NCBI GenBank assembly: GCA_021801925.1
Contig: JAKABH010000001.1
Span: forward strand, 7,964-71,963
Direction: 5' to 3'
Length of the DNA: 64,000 nucleotides
Source: Thermoplasmata archaeon
Lineage (GTDB): Archaea; Thermoplasmatota; Thermoplasmata; Lutacidiplasmatales; UBA184
Translations under genes and position numbers: made by a program
In this document: in pieces, positions 9,425 through 20,035 of the stretch
How the letters are laid out: each line of letters opens with the position of its first letter
Position numbering within the stretch: position 1 is the stretch's first letter
The notes under the pieces: model-generated
Databases searched by the model: none
Seen by the model: only the letters and a program-made list of their open reading frames with translations
Told to the model about the DNA's origin: nothing

Positions 9425-11422
9425 ATGGACGCATTCCTCCTCCTCGACCAGTGGGCGTTCCTGATCCCGCTCCTCATGGTCGTCTCGTTCGCCCTCGTCG
9501 GCCTCTTCGGCACCCGCCTCCGCGCGCTGGAGTGGGGCGGGTGGGCCGCCGTCGGGATCGGGGGGATCGCCATGGTCCTCGGCGTCGGCATCGCCATCGG
9601 GGAGATGCTGCACCCCGGGACGTACGTGAACGCCCAGTACACCTGGCTGCACCTCGCCGGGACGCCGGGCCCGTTCCCGGAGGGGATCTCGCTCGTTGCC
9701 GGCACCCTGGTCGACCCGCTCTCGGCGCTGATGCTCCTGGTCGTCACGGTCGTGGGGTTCCTGGTCCTGCTCTACTCGATCGGCTACATGCACCATGATC
9801 GGGGCCTGCCCCGGTACTACGCCGAGCTGTCGCTGTTCCTCGCGGCGATGACCGGCCTCGTCCTGTCGAACAACCTCCTCGAGTTCTTCCTGTTCTGGGA
9901 ACTGGTCGGCGTCTGCTCGTACTTCCTCATCGGCTTCTACTACGAGAAGCCGAGCGCCGCCAGCGCGGCGAAGGAGGCGTTCCTCGTCACCCGCATCGGC
10001 GACGTGCTGTTCCTGCTCGGGATCTTCATCTACTTCTTCCACTTCGCGACGACCGGCCCGTCCGGCGGATGGGCCGCGAACGGCTTCGTCTTCGCCCACG
10101 GCACCTCGCCGTTCCTCCCGACCGGCTCGGTCGGCAGCTCGACGCTCCTCACGATCGCCGGCCTCATGATCCTGGGCGGCGCCGCCGGGAAGAGCGCCCA
10201 GTTCCCCCTCCACGTCTGGCTGCCGGACGCAATGGAGGGCCCGACGACCGTCTCCGCGCTGATCCACGCGGCGACGATGGTCGCGGCGGGCGTCTACCTG
10301 CTCGCGGTCACGAGCGTCTTCATCGGCTTCACCGCGACCGACCAGCTCGCGATCGTGGCGGTCGGCGGGTTCACGACCTTCTTCGCGGCGACGATGGCGG
10401 TCGTCCACCCGGACATCAAGCGGGTGATCGCCTACTCCACGATCAGCCAGCTCGGCTACATGGTGATGGCCGTCGGCGCCGGCTTCGCGATGGTCGGCCT
10501 CTTCCACCTCTTCACCCACGCCTTCTTCAAGGCGCTCCTGTTCCTCGCCGCCGGCTCGGTGATCCACGCCCTCGGCACGCAGGACCTGTTCAAGATGGGC
10601 GGGCTGCGCAAGCCGATGCGCGTCACGGGCACCGCCTTCGCCATCGGCGGCCTCGCCCTCGCCGGGATCCCGCCGTTCGCCGGGTTCTGGTCGAAGGACG
10701 ACATTTTGGGTTCGATGTACGGCGAGCTCGGGAGCCACCCGCTCTACTGGCCGTTCTGGATCCTGGCGCTCCTCGCCGTCTTCCTGACCGCCTACTACAT
10801 CTTCCGGGCCTGGTTCCTGGCGTTCGGCGGGAACGGTCCGCGCGACCCGACGCTCCCGCCGGCCCACGAGGGGTCGTGGGTGATGCAGGTCCCGCTCGTG
10901 ATCCTCTCGGGGATGGCGGTGTTCGGGGGCCTGTTGATCTTCGTCCCGGGGTTCCAGGGCCTGCTCCTGTACGGCGCCGGGGCCTCGGGGATCCCTCCGG
11001 TCTACGGGCCGACCGACCTCGCGCTCTCGGGGATCAGCGTGACGCTGGGCGCCGCGGGGATCGGGGTCGCCTACTGGCTGTGGGGGAACGGGCGGATCTT
11101 CGTCCTCCCCGAATCGAGCCCGCTCCAGCCGGTCCGGCGCCTGCTGCTGAACCGCTACTACCTGAAGGCCGCCTACGACTGGGTCGGGGCCCGGGCGGTC
11201 TACGGGATCGCCCGCGGGGCGGACTTCGTCGACCGGTACGTGATCGACGGCACCGTCCACGGCTTCGAGCGCGCCTTCGGCGCGGCGAGCGACCGGCTCC
11301 GGCGGGGCCAGACCGGCGTCGTCTCCGACTACGCCGCCTACGTCATCGCGGGGCTCCTCGGGGTCTTCGTCCTCCTCCTGCTGGTCGCGCCGTACCTGCT
11401 CGCCCACCTGGGAGGGACGTAG
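9425..11422 (+). CDS. nuoL: NADH-quinone oxidoreductase subunit L (antiporter-like)
   Basis: 665 aa with Mrp/NuoL signatures (FWELVGVCSYFLIGFYYEKPSA, HAATMVAAGVYLL, WSKDDILGS). Confidence 0.92.
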   Translation: MDAFLLLDQWAFLIPLLMVVSFALVGLFGTRLRALEWGGWAAVGIGGIAMVLGVGIAIGEMLHPGTYVNAQYTWLHLAGTPGPFPEGISLVAGTLVDPLSALMLLVVTVVGFLVLLYSIGYMHHDRGLPRYYAELSLFLAAMTGLVLSNNLLEFFLFWELVGVCSYFLIGFYYEKPSAASAAKEAFLVTRIGDVLFLLGIFIYFFHFATTGPSGGWAANGFVFAHGTSPFLPTGSVGSSTLLTIAGLMILGGAAGKSAQFPLHVWLPDAMEGPTTVSALIHAATMVAAGVYLLAVTSVFIGFTATDQLAIVAVGGFTTFFAATMAVVHPDIKRVIAYSTISQLGYMVMAVGAGFAMVGLFHLFTHAFFKALLFLAAGSVIHALGTQDLFKMGGLRKPMRVTGTAFAIGGLALAGIPPFAGFWSKDDILGSMYGELGSHPLYWPFWILALLAVFLTAYYIFRAWFLAFGGNGPRDPTLPPAHEGSWVMQVPLVILSGMAVFGGLLIFVPGFQGLLLYGAGASGIPPVYGPTDLALSGISVTLGAAGIGVAYWLWGNGRIFVLPESSPLQPVRRLLLNRYYLKAAYDWVGARAVYGIARGADFVDRYVIDGTVHGFERAFGAASDRLRRGQTGVVSDYAAYVIAGLLGVFVLLLLVAPYLLAHLGGT

Positions 11423-12895
11423 GTGTTCCCGATCCTCTCCGCGGTGCTCGCGACGCTGCTCGTCGGCACCGTGCTCACGTTCCTCTCGGGGAAGTCGGCC
11501 CGCTGGGTCGCGCTCGCGACGTCGTTCGTCTTCCTCGCGGAGGTCGCCTACCTGCTGCTCCAGTTCCCCGGCTGGGCCGGGTTCGCGGGCGGCGTCCCCC
11601 AGTTCGCCGACGGGGAGTCGTATGCGTGGATCCACCTCGGCTGGCTGCAAGTGAACTACACGCTCGGGATCGACGGGATCTCGCTCGTCCTCCTGGTCCT
11701 CACGGCGATCCTCCAGCTCGCCACGGTCGTCTACTCCTGGGGCGAGACGAAGAAGCCCGCGGCGTGGTTCGGGCTGCTCCTCCTGACCTGCCTCGGCTGC
11801 GTCGGGGTCTTCGTCGCGCTGGACGTCCTCCTCTTCTTCCTCTTCTGGGAGGCGGTCCTCGTCCCGATGTTCTTCATCATCGGCTACTGGGGCGGCCCCC
11901 GCCGGCGGTACGCCGCGATCAAGTTCTTCGTCTACACCCACGTCGCGTCGATCGTCATGCTCGTGGGGCTGCTCGCCCTCGTCTTCTACTCCCACGCGAC
12001 GAGCTTCGACTACGCGAGCGTCTACGCCGCCGCCCCGTCGCTCTCCGTCGTCACGCAGGCGTTCCTGTTCCTGTCGCTCTTCTTCGGCTTCGGCGTCAAA
12101 TTCCCGATCGTCCCGTTCCACACCTGGCTCCCCGACGCCCACGTCGAGGCCCCGACCGGCGGCTCCGTCCTGCTCGCGGGGCTCCTGCTCAAGCTCGGGG
12201 GCTACGGGCTGATCCGGTGGGCGGTGTTCGTCCTGCCGAACGGCTTCCACGAGGTGCAGCCGGTCCTCTTCGTCGTCGCGTTCGCCTCGATCGCCTGGGG
12301 ATCGGTCGTCTCGCTGGCCCAGCGGGACCTCAAGCGGATGGTCGCCTTCTCCTCGATCAACCACATGGGGATCGTGCTGCTGGCGATCGCCGTCGGCTCG
12401 TCGCTCGGTCTCCTGGCGGCGGTCCTCCTCATGTTCGCCCACGGGATCGTGAGCGCGCTGTTGTTCATGTCGTCGGGCAGCGTGCACCACACGTTCGGCA
12501 CCCGCGACATCGCCTCGGTCGGCGGGATCACCCCCCGCACCCCGGTGCTCGCGACGATGATCATGATCGGCTCGCTCGCGTCGCTCGGCCTCCCGTGGCT
12601 CATCAGCTTCCCCGCCGAATTCACGGCGCTGCTCGCCACCTGGGACCGGCTCGCCTACTGGGTCCTGCTGCCGCTCGGGATCCTCGTCGTCACCGCCGCC
12701 TTCTACATCTGGATGATGCAACGGATGCTGTTCGGCCCCGAGAAGGGGATCCCCGAGTCGGCGCACGACCTGCCGGCCTACGAGACCGTCGGGATGGGGA
12801 TCCTCGCCGCCGCGGCGATCGTCTTCGGCGTGCTGCCGTTCCTCCTCGTGAACCTGATCACCGCCTCGCCGATCCGCGTCTTCCCGGGGGTGTGA
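11423..12895 (+). CDS. nuoM: NADH-quinone oxidoreductase subunit M
   Basis: GTG start; NuoM motifs (LLFFLFWEAVLVPMFFIIGYWGG, FPIVPFHTWLPDAHVEAPT). Confidence 0.9.
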   Translation: MFPILSAVLATLLVGTVLTFLSGKSARWVALATSFVFLAEVAYLLLQFPGWAGFAGGVPQFADGESYAWIHLGWLQVNYTLGIDGISLVLLVLTAILQLATVVYSWGETKKPAAWFGLLLLTCLGCVGVFVALDVLLFFLFWEAVLVPMFFIIGYWGGPRRRYAAIKFFVYTHVASIVMLVGLLALVFYSHATSFDYASVYAAAPSLSVVTQAFLFLSLFFGFGVKFPIVPFHTWLPDAHVEAPTGGSVLLAGLLLKLGGYGLIRWAVFVLPNGFHEVQPVLFVVAFASIAWGSVVSLAQRDLKRMVAFSSINHMGIVLLAIAVGSSLGLLAAVLLMFAHGIVSALLFMSSGSVHHTFGTRDIASVGGITPRTPVLATMIMIGSLASLGLPWLISFPAEFTALLATWDRLAYWVLLPLGILVVTAAFYIWMMQRMLFGPEKGIPESAHDLPAYETVGMGILAAAAIVFGVLPFLLVNLITASPIRVFPGV

Positions 12896-12899
12896 CGGG

Positions 12900-14483
12900 G
12901 TGGTGGCGTTCTCGTCGTTCGTCGGCCCGTTCGTCCCCGAGCTGCTGCTGCTCGGCGGCATGCTCCTCGTCCTGCTGCTGGACGTCCTCGGCGTCCGCCG
13001 CAACGAGACGCTCGCGACGGTCGCGCTCACCGCCCTCGCGCTCGCCTTCCTCTCGATCCTCGGCGACCTCGGCTTCGCCCCGCTCGGCGTCCTCGCGACG
13101 GTCGGCCCGGGCGCCCTGAACGTCGCCCCGGCGGCCGGCGCGGCGCCGCTCTACCACCTGACGTCGTTCGGCCTCATCTTCCAGGCGATCTTCCTGGTCG
13201 CCGCGCTGCTGGTCGTCCTCGCCTCCTCGAGCCGCCCGAGCGGCGAGCGCGGCGCGCCGATCTTCTACGGGCTCCTGCTGCTCGCGACGGTCGGGATGCT
13301 GCTCGTCGCCGTCGCCTCCGACCTCATCTTCCTCCTCCTCGCGGTCGAGGTCGTGGGCGTCCCGTCGTACCTGCTGGTCGCCTACCGGCGGGGGGAGGCG
13401 CGGTCGATGGAGGCGGCGATGAAGTTCTTCATCGTCGGCGCCCTCTCCACCGTGCTGTCGTTCTACGGCGCCTCGCTCCTCTTCGGCGCCTACGGATCGA
13501 CGAACCTGTTCGTGATCCACGCGGCGGCCGCCAGCGTCGGGACGCCGGTCCTGGTCCTCGTGGGCTACGGGTTCCTCCTCGCCGGCCTCGCCTTCAAGGT
13601 CACCCTCGTGCCGTTCCACGCCTGGGCCGTCGACGTCTACGACGGGGCCCCGACCGACGTGACGGCGTTCCTCGCCGGCGGGACGAAGAAGATCGGGCTG
13701 TTCGCCTTCTTCCTGGTCTTCCTCGGACCGGTCCTCCTCGTCCACCCCGCGACCGCCGGGGCGTCCCCGTTCGGCGGCGGGCCGCTCGACCTCGGCCCGA
13801 CCCTCTCGATCGCCCTCGGCGTCATCGCCGTGCTGACGATGACCGTCGGCAACCTGCTCGCGCTCCTCCAGAAGGAGATGAAGCGGATGCTGGCCTATTC
13901 GTCGATCAGCCAGGCCGGCTACATGCTGATCGGCGTGACGATCGGCACCGCCCCGGCGCTCACCGGGGCGACCCTCCAGATCCTCGCGCATGTCCTGATG
14001 AAGGGCGGGGCGTTCCTCGTCGTCGCCGGTGTCGCGGGCCTCGGGATCGGTCCGCTGATCGACGACTGGAAGGGGCTCGGCGTCCGCCGCCCGCTGCTCG
14101 GCGCCGCCTTCGCCCTGATGCTCCTCTCCCTCGCCGGCGTGCCGCTCACCATCGGCTTCGTCTCGAAGTTCGTCCTCTTCTCGTCGGCCGTCCAGGCCCA
14201 GGGATGGTTCATCTGGCTCGCCGTCGCGGGGCTCCTCAACAGCGCCCTCTCGGTCTTCTACTACGCCCGCGTCCTGAAGGTGATGTACTTCGATCGGACG
14301 GATCCGATCGCGGCGATCGAGGCCCCGCCCGCGAGCGGCTTGGGCGCGGGCGGCTTGGGCTACGGCCGGGCGGCGGCGATCGGCCTCGCCGCCGTCCTGA
14401 TCGTGGGGATCGGCCTCTACCCGCAGCCGATCCTCGGCGCGATCCAGTCGGCCGCCCAGCACTTCCTCCTCACCGGAGTGTAG
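12900..14483 (+). CDS. nuoN: NADH-quinone oxidoreductase subunit N
   Basis: NuoN motifs (LLLAVEVVGVPSYLLVAYRR, KVTLVPFHAWAVDVYDGAPT, AYSSISQAGYMLIG). Confidence 0.9.
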   Translation: MVAFSSFVGPFVPELLLLGGMLLVLLLDVLGVRRNETLATVALTALALAFLSILGDLGFAPLGVLATVGPGALNVAPAAGAAPLYHLTSFGLIFQAIFLVAALLVVLASSSRPSGERGAPIFYGLLLLATVGMLLVAVASDLIFLLLAVEVVGVPSYLLVAYRRGEARSMEAAMKFFIVGALSTVLSFYGASLLFGAYGSTNLFVIHAAAASVGTPVLVLVGYGFLLAGLAFKVTLVPFHAWAVDVYDGAPTDVTAFLAGGTKKIGLFAFFLVFLGPVLLVHPATAGASPFGGGPLDLGPTLSIALGVIAVLTMTVGNLLALLQKEMKRMLAYSSISQAGYMLIGVTIGTAPALTGATLQILAHVLMKGGAFLVVAGVAGLGIGPLIDDWKGLGVRRPLLGAAFALMLLSLAGVPLTIGFVSKFVLFSSAVQAQGWFIWLAVAGLLNSALSVFYYARVLKVMYFDRTDPIAAIEAPPASGLGAGGLGYGRAAAIGLAAVLIVGIGLYPQPILGAIQSAAQHFLLTGV

Positions 14484-14486
14484 CGC

Positions 14487-15587
14487 ATGGAGCGCGTCGA
14501 CGTGATCGTCGTCGGCGCCGGGCCGGCCGGATCGTCCGCCGCCCGGGCGGCGGCGGAAGGGGGCGCCCGCACCCTGCTCCTCGACCATCGGACCGAGCTC
14601 GGGCACCCGGTGCAGTGCGGGGAGTTCGTCCCGACCCCCGCGGAGCTCGCCGACCTGTTCGACTGCCCCGACCTCATCCAACGGGCGTTCGATCTCCCGC
14701 CGGAGACGATCCTGCGGTCGACCCGCTACATGTCGTGCGTCTCCCCCTACGGGCACCGGTTCCGCTTTCCCCTCGCGGGGGCGACCGTCTCGCGCCGGTC
14801 GTTCGACAAGGCGCTCGCCTACCGGGCCGAGGGGGCGGGGGCGGAACTGCGGTTCCCCCTCGGGGTCACCCGGGTCCAGGGGTCGACCGTCCGGACCGCG
14901 GACGGGGAGGAGATCGAGGGGCGGGTCGTCATCGGCGCCGACGGGCCGCTGTCGATCGTCGCCCGTTCGGTCGGCCAGCCCCGCCCGCGGACCCTCTACC
15001 GGATGATCACCGCCACCGTCGACGGGGGACTGGACGACGAGATCGACCTCTTCTTCGGCCGGGACGCCCCCGGCGGATACGCCTGGGCGTTCCCGCGGGC
15101 CCACGACCTGAACGTGGGGCTCGGGGTGACGCGGATCCCCCGCGGCCGCTCGCTCGGCGGGCTGCTCGACCGGTTCCTCGCCCACCGGGGGTTCGGCCCC
15201 GCCCGGGAGCCGACCCGCTGGTGGGTCCCGATCGGGACCCCGCCCGACTCCCTCGTGCACGGGCCGATCCTCCTCGCGGGCGATGCGGCGCAGCTCGTCA
15301 TGGCGACGAACGGCGGCGGCATCCCGACGGCGATGCTCAGCGGCTGGCTCGCCGGGGAGGCGGCGGCGCGGACGATCCGGGACGGGACGCCGCTCGCCGC
15401 CTACGACACGGCGTGGCGCTCGGCGCTCTACGGACCCCTCGCCCGGGCGGCGGCGATCCAGGCGTGGAGCGACCCGTATACCGTCTTCGACCCCGTCCTG
15501 GCCCTCGGAATGCGCTATATCGGTGCGCGCGGTCTCGACGCCATGATGCGGCTGCGCTGGCCCGGGCGCCGGGGGGTCGAGGCATGA
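14487..15587 (+). CDS. FAD-dependent geranylgeranyl reductase family protein (digeranylgeranylglycerophospholipid/polyprenyl reductase)
   Basis: GxGxxG FAD motif (VIVVGAGPAGSSAARAAAEGG) and GGR-family core (HPVQCGEFVP, GADGPLSIVARSVG, GYAWAFPR, LLAGDAAQLV). Starts 4 nt after the nuoN stop. Confidence 0.85.
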   Translation: MERVDVIVVGAGPAGSSAARAAAEGGARTLLLDHRTELGHPVQCGEFVPTPAELADLFDCPDLIQRAFDLPPETILRSTRYMSCVSPYGHRFRFPLAGATVSRRSFDKALAYRAEGAGAELRFPLGVTRVQGSTVRTADGEEIEGRVVIGADGPLSIVARSVGQPRPRTLYRMITATVDGGLDDEIDLFFGRDAPGGYAWAFPRAHDLNVGLGVTRIPRGRSLGGLLDRFLAHRGFGPAREPTRWWVPIGTPPDSLVHGPILLAGDAAQLVMATNGGGIPTAMLSGWLAGEAAARTIRDGTPLAAYDTAWRSALYGPLARAAAIQAWSDPYTVFDPVLALGMRYIGARGLDAMMRLRWPGRRGVEA

Positions 15588-16633
15588 GCGCCGCCCGGAC
15601 CCCGGTCGATGCCTCCCTCGAGACGATCGTCCAGCAGACGCTGCGCAACGCCGCCGCCGACTCCCTCGTCGAGCTGGCCCCGACGCTGGTGCGCGATCTC
15701 ACCGAGATCGACTGGCGCGTCGCCGAGGTCCTGGGCTCGACCTACGCGCAGCTCACCGAGGCGGCGCGCTACGCCTGCTCGACCGGCGGCAAGCGGGTCC
15801 GCCCGCTCCTGATGGCCGTCGCCCACCGGGCGCTCGGGTCGGAGACGACGCAACCGATCCACTCCCTCGCGGCGGCGTTCCAGCTGATCCACACGGCGAC
15901 GCTCGTCCACGACGACGTGATCGACCACGCCGAGACCCGACGGGGCCGTCCGTCGATGCCGCGCGCCTTCGGCATCCCGCTCGCGATCGTCTCGGGCGAC
16001 TACCTCTTCGTCCGCGCCTTCGAGCTCGCCGCGGAGTACCCCCGCTCGATCATCATGCGGTGCGGGGAGGCGTGCGCCGACCTGGTCGAGGGGGAGGTCC
16101 TCCAGGAGGCGTCCCGGTTCGATCTCTCCAGCGGCCGCGACCACTACTTCCGGGTGATCGAGCGGAAGACGGCGGCGATCATCGCCGCGGCGCTCACGTC
16201 GGTCGCGGAGATCGCCGCCGCGGGCCCCGCGGTCGTCGACGCCCTCCAGGGATACGGGCGGGCCCTGGGGCTCGCCTTCCAGATCCGGGACGATCTCCTC
16301 GACGTCTACGGCGACCCCGACCTCCTGGGAAAGCCGCTCTTCGGGGACCTCCGGGAGGGGAACCCGACCCTCCTCTCCCTCGAGACGTATGCCCGGCTCG
16401 ACCCCCGCCACCAGGCGGAGTTCGAGCGGCTGTTCCAGCTCCGCCGCAAGCGGGCGAAGCACCTCCTGCGGCTCCGCGACTTGACCCAGATGACGGACGC
16501 GTCCGACGTCGTCGCCCGCGAGGCGACCGACTGGGTCGACCGCGGGATCCACTGCCTCGAGGCGCTGCCGAACGGGCCGTACCGCCGCCTATTGGAACAG
16601 CTCGCCCGCGGCGCGGCCGCGCGGCGGTTCTAG
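15584..16633 (+). CDS. idsA: Polyprenyl synthetase (GGPP/longer-chain prenyl diphosphate synthase, IdsA-like)
   Basis: FARM and SARM aspartate motifs (LIHTATLVHDDVIDHAETRRG and FQIRDDLLDVYGD). ATGA overlap with the GGR stop. Confidence 0.88.
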   Translation: MSAARTPVDASLETIVQQTLRNAAADSLVELAPTLVRDLTEIDWRVAEVLGSTYAQLTEAARYACSTGGKRVRPLLMAVAHRALGSETTQPIHSLAAAFQLIHTATLVHDDVIDHAETRRGRPSMPRAFGIPLAIVSGDYLFVRAFELAAEYPRSIIMRCGEACADLVEGEVLQEASRFDLSSGRDHYFRVIERKTAAIIAAALTSVAEIAAAGPAVVDALQGYGRALGLAFQIRDDLLDVYGDPDLLGKPLFGDLREGNPTLLSLETYARLDPRHQAEFERLFQLRRKRAKHLLRLRDLTQMTDASDVVAREATDWVDRGIHCLEALPNGPYRRLLEQLARGAAARRF

Positions 16634-16696
16634 CGGCCGCGACTTGAGGGAAAACTACAAGTCCCCTCCCCCGGATCGACCCGCCGGTTCGGGGCC

Positions 16697-17146
16697 ATGG
16701 GCAGCACATCGACCGCGGGGGGCGGCGCCGCCCCCGTCTCCTTCGACCGCCTCCCCGCGCCGTGGCGGCCCGAGTCGACGCGCCCGAAGCTGCCGATCGG
16801 CGTCGCCGTCGTCTCGGTGCTGATCAGCGGCCTCGCCATCGTCCTCATCCTGGGCGGGGCGCTCTACCTCCTGGACCAGTTCGGCTCGAATGCGATCCCG
16901 TCGGCCCTCGACCTGTTCCCGTCGATCGATCTGCTGGGCTCGGCGATCCTCCTGCTCCTCGGGGTCGCCCTCCTCGCCATCGCCACCGCCCTCTGGCGCC
17001 AGGAGACGTGGGCCCTCTGGACGACCCTCGTCCTGGTCTTCGGCGCCACGGTCTACCTGTTCTTCACCGGGTCGATCACCGTCCTCTTCGTCCTGATGAT
17101 CGTCCTGTTCGTCTACCTGCTCGCCTGCCGCCGGTACTTCTATTGA
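16697..17146 (+). CDS. Hypothetical small membrane protein (4 predicted TM helices)
   Basis: Hydrophobic segments (VAVVSVLISGLAIVLILGGALYLL, AILLLLGVALLAIATALW, LVLVFGATVYLFF, VLFVLMIVLFVYLLA). No recognisable domain. Confidence 0.55.
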   Translation: MGSTSTAGGGAAPVSFDRLPAPWRPESTRPKLPIGVAVVSVLISGLAIVLILGGALYLLDQFGSNAIPSALDLFPSIDLLGSAILLLLGVALLAIATALWRQETWALWTTLVLVFGATVYLFFTGSITVLFVLMIVLFVYLLACRRYFY

Positions 17147-17958
17147 CCCGCTTCCTGTTGGCCCAGCTCGCCCCGATCCCGGGCGATCCCGCGGCGAACA
17201 TCGACCGCCTCTCCGCCCTGCTCGACGGTCGCGAGGGGGAGGTCGCGATCGCCCCGGAGCTGTTCCTCTCGGGGTACCGGATCGGCGACCGGTTCCATCA
17301 GATCGCGCTGCGACCGGGCGACGGGCCGTGGAGCGCGCTCCAGCGCCTGGCCCGCGCCCACGGGACGACCGTGATCGCCGGGGCGCCGATCGCCTCCCCC
17401 GAGCGGAAGGGGGAGCTCCAGAATGCGGCGCTCGTCGTCGCCCCGTCGGGGGACGTCACGATCCAGGGGAAGCGGTATCTGCCCACGTTCGGGCCGTTCG
17501 AGGAGGGGGTGCCGTTCACCCCGAGCGACCGGAGCCGGCCCCTTCCCCTCGGAGCCCATCGGGCCGGGATCGCGATCTGCTACGACACGTTCTTCCCCGA
17601 GGTGTTCCGCGGACTCGCCCTCGCCGGCGCCGACCTCCTCGTCGTCCTCTCCGCCTCGCCGGTGACGAGCGGGCCGCTCTTCGAGAAGCTCCTACCGGCG
17701 CGGGCGATCGAGAACGGGCTGCCCGTCGTCTACGTCAACCGCGTCGGGGTCGAGGACGGGATCGTCTTCGGGGGCGGCTCGGGGGCGTGGGACCCCCGGG
17801 GGGAGCGGCGGCCGACGGAGGAGATCCCGGACCCCCGCCTTCACCCGGAGGAGCGCCTCCTCGGGGTCGAGATCGACCTCGAGGAGCCGGCCCGCTGGCG
17901 GCCGTTCCGACCGGTGCTGCGGGACGTCGCCCAGCGGCCCCCGCCGTCCGAGCCGTGA
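17143..17958 (+). CDS. Carbon-nitrogen hydrolase (nitrilase/CN-hydrolase superfamily) protein
   Basis: Catalytic triad context (E in [11 protein letters not shown] in GKRYLPTF, C in [11 protein letters not shown]). TTG start overlapping the upstream stop is inferred. Confidence 0.75.
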   Translation: MTRFLLAQLAPIPGDPAANIDRLSALLDGREGEVAIAPELFLSGYRIGDRFHQIALRPGDGPWSALQRLARAHGTTVIAGAPIASPERKGELQNAALVVAPSGDVTIQGKRYLPTFGPFEEGVPFTPSDRSRPLPLGAHRAGIAICYDTFFPEVFRGLALAGADLLVVLSASPVTSGPLFEKLLPARAIENGLPVVYVNRVGVEDGIVFGGGSGAWDPRGERRPTEEIPDPRLHPEERLLGVEIDLEEPARWRPFRPVLRDVAQRPPPSEP

Positions 17959-17986
17959 CGGGCGACCGTTCGGGTGGAACGCGGCC

Positions 17987-17996
17987 CTTATAGGGG
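17987..17996 (+). promoter_or_regulatory. Candidate TATA box (CCTTATAGGG) for top6B
   Basis: Sits ~26 nt upstream of an in-frame GTG at 18017 that gives the conserved Top6B N-terminus ([23 protein letters not shown]), suggesting a leaderless mRNA. Confidence 0.45.
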
Positions 17997-18007
17997 GCGC
18001 GGAACCC

Positions 18008-20035
18008 GTGCGGTCGGTGGCCCCCCCCTCGATCGCCCAGCAACTCGCCGCGAAGCAGCGGGAGATCTCGGTCGCCGAGTTCTTCGAGCGGAACCGCCAG
18101 ATCCTGGGGTTCGACAACCCGCAGCGCTCCCTGCTCACGACCGTCAAGGAGGCGGTCGACAACAGCCTCGACAGCTGCGAGGAGGCGCGGATCCTCCCCG
18201 AGGTGACCGTCCAGATCGCGAAGGAGGGGGAGGACCGGCTGCGGGTCACGATCGACGACAACGGCCCGGGGATCCTCCGCCGGGAGATCCCGAACGTCTT
18301 CGCCCGGCTGCTCTACGGCTCCCGGTTCCACTCGAACCGCCAGGCCCGTGGTCAGCAGGGGATCGGCATCAGCGCCGCGGTGCTGTATGCCAACCTGACG
18401 ACCGCCCGCCCGGCGAAGATCGTCTCGAAGATCGAGGAGGAGGAGGCGGCCCACGTCCTCGAACTGTTCCTCGACACCCAGAAGAACCAGCCGAGGATCG
18501 TCTCCGAGGACGTCCTGCTCTGGGACCGCCCGCACGGCACGAAGGTCGAGCTGGTCCTGCGGGCCCGCTACGTCCGCGGCCGCCAGTCGCCGTACGAGTA
18601 CCTCCGCGGCACCGCGATCGTGAACCCGCATGCCCGCATCCTCCTGATCGAGCCGGACGGGACCCGGGTGACGTTCGAGCGGGCGACGACCGACCTCCCG
18701 CCGATCGCGAAGGAGACCCTCCCCCACCCGTACGGGCTCGAGCTCGGGGAGCTCGGGTATTTCCTGAAGTCGACGAAGCGGCCGACCCTCGGCGAGTTCC
18801 TGGCCAAGGATCTCCAGGGGGTCTCCGCCCGCGCCGCCCGGGAGGTCCTCGCCCAGTGCGCTCTGCCGGCGAACCGGCCCCCCTCCTCCGTCCACAGCGA
18901 GGAGCAGGAACGGCTGCTCACCGCCCTCCACGGGGCCGCCCTGATCGCCCCGAGCGGGGACTGCCTCTCGCCGATCGGATCGATGCTGATCAAGCGGGGG
19001 CTCCGGAACGTCCTCGGGGACGTCCGACCGGAGTTCTACGCCCCGCCGGTGAGCCGCCCGCCGAAGGTCCGCGCCGGCTTTCCGTTCATGGTCGAGGTCG
19101 GGATCGTCTACGGCGGGGCGCTCCCCCCGGACCAGCCGGTGCAGATCCTTCGGTTCGCGAACCGGGTGCCGCTCCTCTTCCAGCAGGGGGCGTGCGCCAT
19201 CACGAACGCGATCTCGAACCTCGACTGGCGGCGGTACGGCCTCGACCAGCGGGGCGGCTCGGGCCTCCCGAGCGGGCCGGCGCTGATCCTGGTCCATGTC
19301 GCCTCCACCAAGATCCCGTTCACCAGCGAGGCGAAGGAGGCGGTCGCCGAGGACCCCGAGATCGACCGGGAGGTGACCCTCGCCCTCCAGGTCGCCGCCC
19401 GCCACCTGCGGACCCACCTCTCCCGCCGGACCCGGCGCGACCTCGCCGGGGCGAAGTTCGAGATCATCCTCAAGATCCTGCCGAAGCTCGCCGAGAAGAC
19501 GAGCCACCTCACGGGGAAGCCGGTCCCCGATCTTACGCCCGTGATCACCCGGATCATGGACGTCGTGAACCTCGAGGCCGCCGTGAGCCGGGACGCGAGC
19601 GGCGTGCACGTCGCCGTCGAGGCCGTGAACTATACGCCCCGCGCTCGCGTCCTCGAGCTGTTCGCGGAGATCCCGCCCGAGGCGATGGCCGGCGCCACGT
19701 TCGATCCGGCCCCCGACGGGACCGATCCGGCCCTCGGCCGCGCCTGGTGGACCCTTTCGAAGCTGCCGCCGAACGGACGGACGAAGCTCGCCCTCACGTT
19801 CCCCCCGAAGACCGACCTGGACGCCGCGGACCTCGACTGGTACGTGGCGGGGGTCGACGAGGCGCACCTGCTCGGCGCGGACCCGCTGCCGGGCGACTGG
19901 GACGTCCGCCTCCCGCGGACGATCGTGGAGGCGGCGGAGGCCGCCGCCGCGGAAGGGGCGCCGGCGGACGGGGCGGAGGAGGAGGTGGATTACGATGCCG
20001 CGGAATCGAGCGCCGGCGCCAGCGACGACGAGTGA
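18008..20035 (+). CDS. top6B: DNA topoisomerase VI subunit B
   Basis: GHKL ATPase motifs ([46 protein letters not shown]) plus transducer domain. The functional start is probably GTG 18017. Confidence 0.92.
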   Translation: MRSVAPPSIAQQLAAKQREISVAEFFERNRQILGFDNPQRSLLTTVKEAVDNSLDSCEEARILPEVTVQIAKEGEDRLRVTIDDNGPGILRREIPNVFARLLYGSRFHSNRQARGQQGIGISAAVLYANLTTARPAKIVSKIEEEEAAHVLELFLDTQKNQPRIVSEDVLLWDRPHGTKVELVLRARYVRGRQSPYEYLRGTAIVNPHARILLIEPDGTRVTFERATTDLPPIAKETLPHPYGLELGELGYFLKSTKRPTLGEFLAKDLQGVSARAAREVLAQCALPANRPPSSVHSEEQERLLTALHGAALIAPSGDCLSPIGSMLIKRGLRNVLGDVRPEFYAPPVSRPPKVRAGFPFMVEVGIVYGGALPPDQPVQILRFANRVPLLFQQGACAITNAISNLDWRRYGLDQRGGSGLPSGPALILVHVASTKIPFTSEAKEAVAEDPEIDREVTLALQVAARHLRTHLSRRTRRDLAGAKFEIILKILPKLAEKTSHLTGKPVPDLTPVITRIMDVVNLEAAVSRDASGVHVAVEAVNYTPRARVLELFAEIPPEAMAGATFDPAPDGTDPALGRAWWTLSKLPPNGRTKLALTFPPKTDLDAADLDWYVAGVDEAHLLGADPLPGDWDVRLPRTIVEAAEAAAAEGAPADGAEEEVDYDAAESSAGASDDE

